Program-made: the position numbers and the translations under genes
Shown: in pieces, positions 58,842 to 64,000 of the stretch
How positions within the stretch are numbered: the stretch's first letter is position 1
Layout of the letters: the number at the start of each line of letters is the position of its first letter
The notes under the pieces: model-generated
Databases searched by the model: none
What the model saw: the letters and a program-made list of their open reading frames with translations, nothing else
What the model was told of the DNA's origin: nothing
DNA from: Rhizaria sp. SCN 62-66
Taxonomy: Eukaryota
Direction of reading: 5' to 3'
Assembly: GCA_001724265.1 (NCBI GenBank)
Contig: MEDY01000171.1
Span: forward strand, 1-64,000
Length of the DNA stretch: 64,000 nt

Positions 58842-61800
58842 TTACCGCAGACCACTGAGCGATGACGTGTTCTCGTGTCCCAGCCCGGGACGCGCGGTGC
58901 TGTAAAGCCGCTTGAGCTCGGCGTCGGCCTCGGTTCCTGAGAACGTGGCGAGTTCGCCAGTCCGCGCACGCATTCCACCCGCAGCCGCCTTCGCACCCAA
59001 GGCGCTGCCGCCGCCCGGTAACGCGGCCGCTGCCGCGGCCGCAGCAGCGACGCTGACGCGCCCGCGCACATCTGACGAGGCAGCCGCGGAGGAGTTTGAC
59101 GAGCTAAGACTCAGAGTCGTCGAGGGCGTCAGCGGGTCCCAAATGCGCCAAAAGCGCAGCGTCTCGTCGGCGCTCGCGGAGCAGAGGGTCGAACCGTCGG
59201 GCGACAATGCCGACGTGATGATGCGCTCCTTGTGACCGTTGAGCGTCGTTATCGCGCGCATCGAAGGGAACTGCCAGACAGTCGCGCAGTTAGACAGGAA
59301 GCCGTGAGTCGTCACAAGCTCCTGATGCGAGCGCGACCAATGGACGCTACTGACCTGACTGCCCGTGTTGACCGTGCTCAGCAGGGAGCCCGACGTCGTG
59401 TTGTAGTAACGCAAGCAGCGGTCTGTTGTGCCCGCGCCGGTGACGAGCAGCTCAGGGTTAAACGGGCACCACGCCAGTGACTTAATAGCGGCGCGAGACT
59501 CGGTAAAGCAAAGCCTATATTGAACAAGACAGTTGAGTGAGAGTGAGTCAGAGGTGTGCACGCGGATGTAGCGCGTGAAGCGCAAAACGAAGTCACAACA
59601 GCATCGGCTAAGCAGCATAACAAATTGACGTACCGAGGTCGACTGAGGTTTGCAGCGTCCCACACCAGACAGCGGTTGTTGTTGCTGCCGACAGCAAGCG
59701 AGCGCGCGCCGTCCGACCACGAGAGGCCACATGTCTCGCGCAGCCCCGCTTCCGGCAGACGCAACACGCGTCCAGAGCTCGTCTGCAGCGACGGCGGAGC
59801 CAGCCCCGCGCTGACAGCTCCGGCGTCAAAAGACGCGGCCTCGTTGAAGCGACCACGCGTGCGAATATCAATAAGATGGACAAAGGTGTCCTTGCCTCCT
59901 GCAGTGAGAATTGAGCCCGCCCACGAAAGCGTTGAGACGCGCTTCGAACAAAGCGTGTACGTCTTGAGGAGGTTGTGTTCATCATCCATGATGATAATCT
60001 ACACAAGATAATTTTTTAAAAAATATTATAAACATGTTATAAATACGAACGCAAAACGAGCTATGCGACAAGGTGATACAACACACAACAATATCAAAGG
60101 TATGTTCGTTAAATAAAAGTGTCAATACGTACTTCACCTGAGCAGAGCCCCACGGCGACGCGGTCGCCCGCCTCGTTCCACTTGACGGAGGCAATGGAGC
60201 GGCGCTGGTCACGGGGCGTGTCGTCCTCGTTGATCGACAGCATCGGCGCAACATCCTGCGTTACGTAGTCAAGGTTGTAGATCTTGTCATTGAGTGCGAC
60301 AGACACGACGTTCTTGGACGACCAGTCGAGCGTATGGTTGTAGAAGTCGTCTCGCAGCATCGGTGCCTCGAGAATGCGCTCGGGAATCGCGGGGATCTCC
60401 TCCGCGCGCCGCTCCAACACCTCGCGCCCGCGCCGTAGCGACGTCTTGAGGATGTCCACCACAGGTGTCGGCGCGTGCGCAGCTCCATAGTCACTGCCCG
60501 CCGCGCGAATCATGCTCGCGAGTCCAAACAGCGACGCGCCTTCGTCCGCCGACACGGAATGCGCCATCAAGCCACCCGCAGCGGCCGCGGGGTCCAGAGC
60601 GGGCAGTGTCTCGCTCTCATAGCGAGCGAAAAGTGTCGCGTCAGCGCTCGCTTGGCGCACGAATGCATAGTAGTCGGCCTCCGCGGGCGTAGCGCCTCCG
60701 GACAAGTCAGTCGTGGGCATCCAGGGGCGCCCCGTGGCATCATACGCGCTCACAATGCCGCTACCCGTAAAGCCCTCGGCATCACGCGGCTCGCCTGTCT
60801 CCGCGCGCGGCAGCAGCGACTGAAAGGCGCGGCCAAGGCTCGACGAAGAGGTCGATTCTGTACAAGAAAAATAAAAGCATAAGAACAATTAGATGAGAGG
60901 ATATTGTTTGATGAAAGCTATGTGATAAAATAGGAAGCAGTGATGGTGATACAAGTGATGGCGTACCATATTCGCCACGTGCAGTCCTCGATGCGTTCCG
61001 AACAAAGTCGGCGGCGGCGGCGCCGACGTTAAAGTCGGAGCAGTCGTTGTCGCCAACTGCGTCGGCCACGTCATCGGCAGTCAGCGCGCCCGGCAACGCA
61101 ACAATCGGCGCGGCACTGGCCAGCGAAGCTAAGAACGCAGATGTGGTGGCCGCGCGCGCGCCGGCAGAAAGCTCGTTCTCATCGCCATCGCCTTCGTAGT
61201 CATCATTGTCGTCATCGTTTTGATCGGCGTCGCTGTTGTCTGTCGCGTCGCACATTACGCACGGGCGCGCATCTCCCGCGCGCGTGTCGCACTCGTCGTC
61301 GCTGTCGCTGTCGTCGCTGAACACTGGCTGCCGCGGCGACTTGAACCCCGGCCGGCCAGTCAGCACGCCCGGTGCTGCCGTAGGAGGCGTTGCTGTCGTC
61401 GCACTCTGCATCTGCAACATCTCGCCCACGGTCATCGCGCCCTGCACAGACCTCGCGCCAGCAGTCGTTGCAGTGCCAGCGGCGGCTGTGGCCGCTGCGG
61501 CTCCAGAGCGCGGGCCGCGGAAGGGCGACTGCCCGGGCGCCACATAATAAGCAGGCACTCCCCGCTGCACATCCGTCGCGTGAGCGGATGTGGTGTGCGC
61601 AGCTGCAGCGTGTGGAGACGCTAAGGGGCCGCCGTGCGCAAAGAAGTGGCTGTGCACGCTGCCCATGGGGCTGTGGAGCGCGCCCCCCGCGGAGGCCAAC
61701 GCGCCCAAGGATGTGAACGCGGCGCCGCAGTCCTTGATGCGGCGCACGGCGCCGGCTTGCACAAGCCCCGCAGCGGCGTGCGAAGCCGTCAGCAGCATCT

Positions 61801-63133
61801 GCTGCGTGCCCACGACCGTCGTGTTCTCGCTCGCGTAGCGGCTGTAGACGCTGCCGCCCGCCGCGGCGGACTTGCTCGGCGACAGCAACAGTCCGAGACC
61901 GAGTCCGTTGCCGCCGCCCGCCGCGCCGCCGCGCGCGCCCGCGCTGGGCGTGCCGGGCGGCGCCGCAGCGGTAGTCGCGGCGGCTGTGGCGGCAGCAGCG
62001 GCGCGGGGCGACCCCATGGCCGCGCCGGCCGCACTTAAGGAGCTCGAGCTGAAGCTGGAGCAAGATATCAGACTGGCGGCACTCGACGAGGATGAAGATG
62101 ATGTCGTCGTGGAATGAAACGGGGAGGCCGACAGCAGACGGCGCGGCGAGCCCATGCCGAGCGGCGAGCGCGGGCCCATCGCGCCAGCAGCCAGCCCGCC
62201 GCCGCCGCCGCCGCCACTGCCAGTGACGCCGGCGGCGGCGCAGAGCCCGCTGGCGGACATGGACGGCATGGCCATTGAAACCATGGCGGCCGCGGTGGGC
62301 GCGGGCGCAGGACCCATCCCGGCAGCGCCGCCGGCTGCTGTGATCACCGAGGACGCCGAGCGCGCGCCCGAGGGCGACATGGGCGCCGCCAGCGAGGCCT
62401 GCGGCAGACGCCGCGGGCTGCCAAGTCCGTGCTGCGCCGCGCTGATACTCTGCGACGGCGACATGAAGCCGCCGGGCGTGGCATGGGCGCGGCGCGGCGT
62501 CGAAGGAAACGCGCCGCCCGCGTGGCCCGAGCCAGCCGCGTCGGTGGCGGCAGCGGCGGCAGCGATGTGCACGGGGGACGACAGCAGGCCGCGCGATGTG
62601 GTGGCGCCGCTGTGCAAAGTCGCACATGCGGCGTGGGTGGGAGTGCCGGGGATGCGGCGCGGAGTCGCGGGCAGCAGCCGGCTTGCGCCACCGCCACCAC
62701 TGGCAAACACGGCCGCAGAGGGCGTGGCGGCATGGCGGTGCGGCGTCTGCGGCGCGGCTGCGCGGTCGGGCGACGATGCAACTGGTTGAGGCTGCACAGA
62801 CGCGGCTGCGGCGGCGCTGAGCGTGGCTGGTGCAGAGGGACTAAACCCGAGCGGGTTGGGGACAATAAAAAACGTCGCCAACGGGGCTACCGGGGAGTGT
62901 GAGTTCATTGTGAAGCGGGCTGAGGAGGAAACCGAGCTGGAGAGCTGTGCGGGCTGCAAAGGGGAGCGGTGACCAGAACCCGTCGATGGCGCGGGCGGGG
63001 TCATGACCGGAGACTTAGACCGCGTCAGGGTAGTCTCTGCTACTTGAGCAGCCGCTGGGGCTAAGGGAGCAGGCTGAAAGGCGAGGTTCTCAGCGCTTGT
63101 GGCGCTGAAAGCATACCCAGTCGAAGCTGACAT
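58842..63133 (-). CDS. CDC20: CDC20/Fizzy-family WD40 APC/C co-activator-like protein, 4 exons: 63133-60967, 60857-60133, 59998-59634, 59514-58842 (1309 aa)
   Basis: IPERILEAPMLRDDFYNHTLDWS, TCGLSWS, AAIKSLAWCP, TGAGTTDRCL, TGSQVSSVHWS, SASADETLRFW, and a C-terminal LR tail. Three GTACG...YAG introns are in frame. Ends in TAA. Confidence 0.88.
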
Positions 63134-63446
63134 CGCTGGACACGCGAGGGACCTAGACTACTTCGAACACACAAGGAAGACCGCTGTTTAAGGATGCTTT
63201 AGATACATTTTATTATATTTTAAACACAGATACCTCGTAGAAGTTCAGAAACGGCTTTATCAACGATGAATATGCAGCGTGGCTCGGCTTTCAAAGCAGC
63301 GCCACGCTCAACGGATACTGCCTCCAAGCAAGCGAGCGAGCCAGCTGTGGCGGTTCGCAAAAAAAATATCCAGCAGCAGACTAGAGGAAGTAGCAATAGA
63401 GATTACTTTGTTGGCGTTATACACTGCGCAGAACCGTCATCTCGCG

Positions 63447-63923
63447 ATGAAGTTTCCAGTGACTGTTGCACTTGCGCTCTTCGCAGCGGTTGTTGCATTT
63501 CTGTCCCACTCGGCGGATGCTGCGACAATCTATCCTCAGCCCTCCAAGGTCAAATATGATGAGAAGACGACGTACTCGATGCGCCGCGAGCAATTTAAGT
63601 TCGATGTCGCATCTGGGTCTTCTGAGATTCTGGAGTCGGCGTTCCGCCGCTATACGAACATCATTTTCGGCGACGCCAAGTCCGTGCAGCAGCGCCTCTC
63701 AGGGCTGCGCGCGCCCATGCTGGCCAACCCTTTCGCCCACACCGGCTGCAACAGCAACGCCACCGTGACGCGCCTGGTGGTGACTGTCTCGTCGACCAGC
63801 GAGGTGTTGCAGCCTGAGCAGGACGAGAGCTACATGCTCGAGACTGACAAGCCTTCGATTGCCTACCTGACTGCCCCCACCGTGTGGGGTGCCCTGCGCG
63901 GCCTCGAGTCCTTCGCCCAGCTC
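63447..63923 (+). CDS. Beta-N-acetylhexosaminidase (GH20), first exon; the gene continues beyond the window
   Basis: My translation (absent from the ORF track): signal peptide MKFPVTVALALFAAVVAFLSHSADA, IYPQP, ILESAFRRY, QDESYML, APTVWGALRGLESFAQL, followed by a GTACGT donor at 63924. Confidence 0.92.
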
Positions 63924-64000
63924 GTACGTCATCCTTTCTTTCAAGCAATGTTTCGACTGACATCCATCTCCATGTTCAAACAAATTAACCTGAAGATAAT

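Overview
Gene-dense eukaryotic nuclear DNA, most likely from a flagellated protist: GC-rich, Ala-rich coding regions are separated by short AT-rich spacers and 100-209 nt GT-AG introns. I can support 15 protein-coding genes: a CCDC171-like coiled-coil protein (5' partial), a KIF6/9-type kinesin, a PH-like domain protein, PGAP3/Per1, a Stealth/GNPTAB-like protein, an ankyrin-repeat protein, a SIP5/DA2-like RING protein, a ~3060-aa protein with a conserved domain of unknown function, mitochondrial EF-G, CapZ alpha, a low-complexity protein, RPN7, a zinc-finger/UIM protein, a CDC20-like protein and a beta-hexosaminidase (3' partial). Main finding: the genome appears to use a non-standard genetic code. 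Five in-frame TAG codons interrupt three otherwise continuous genes, three of them next to Gln codons, while all 14 real gene ends are TAA (7) or TGA (7). This points to UAG=Gln with UAA and UGA kept as stops. Second finding: most genes have a pyrimidine tract plus YAG just upstream of the ATG with no evident partner donor, suggesting spliced-leader trans-splicing. All gene identities come from motif recognition by eye; no database search was run.
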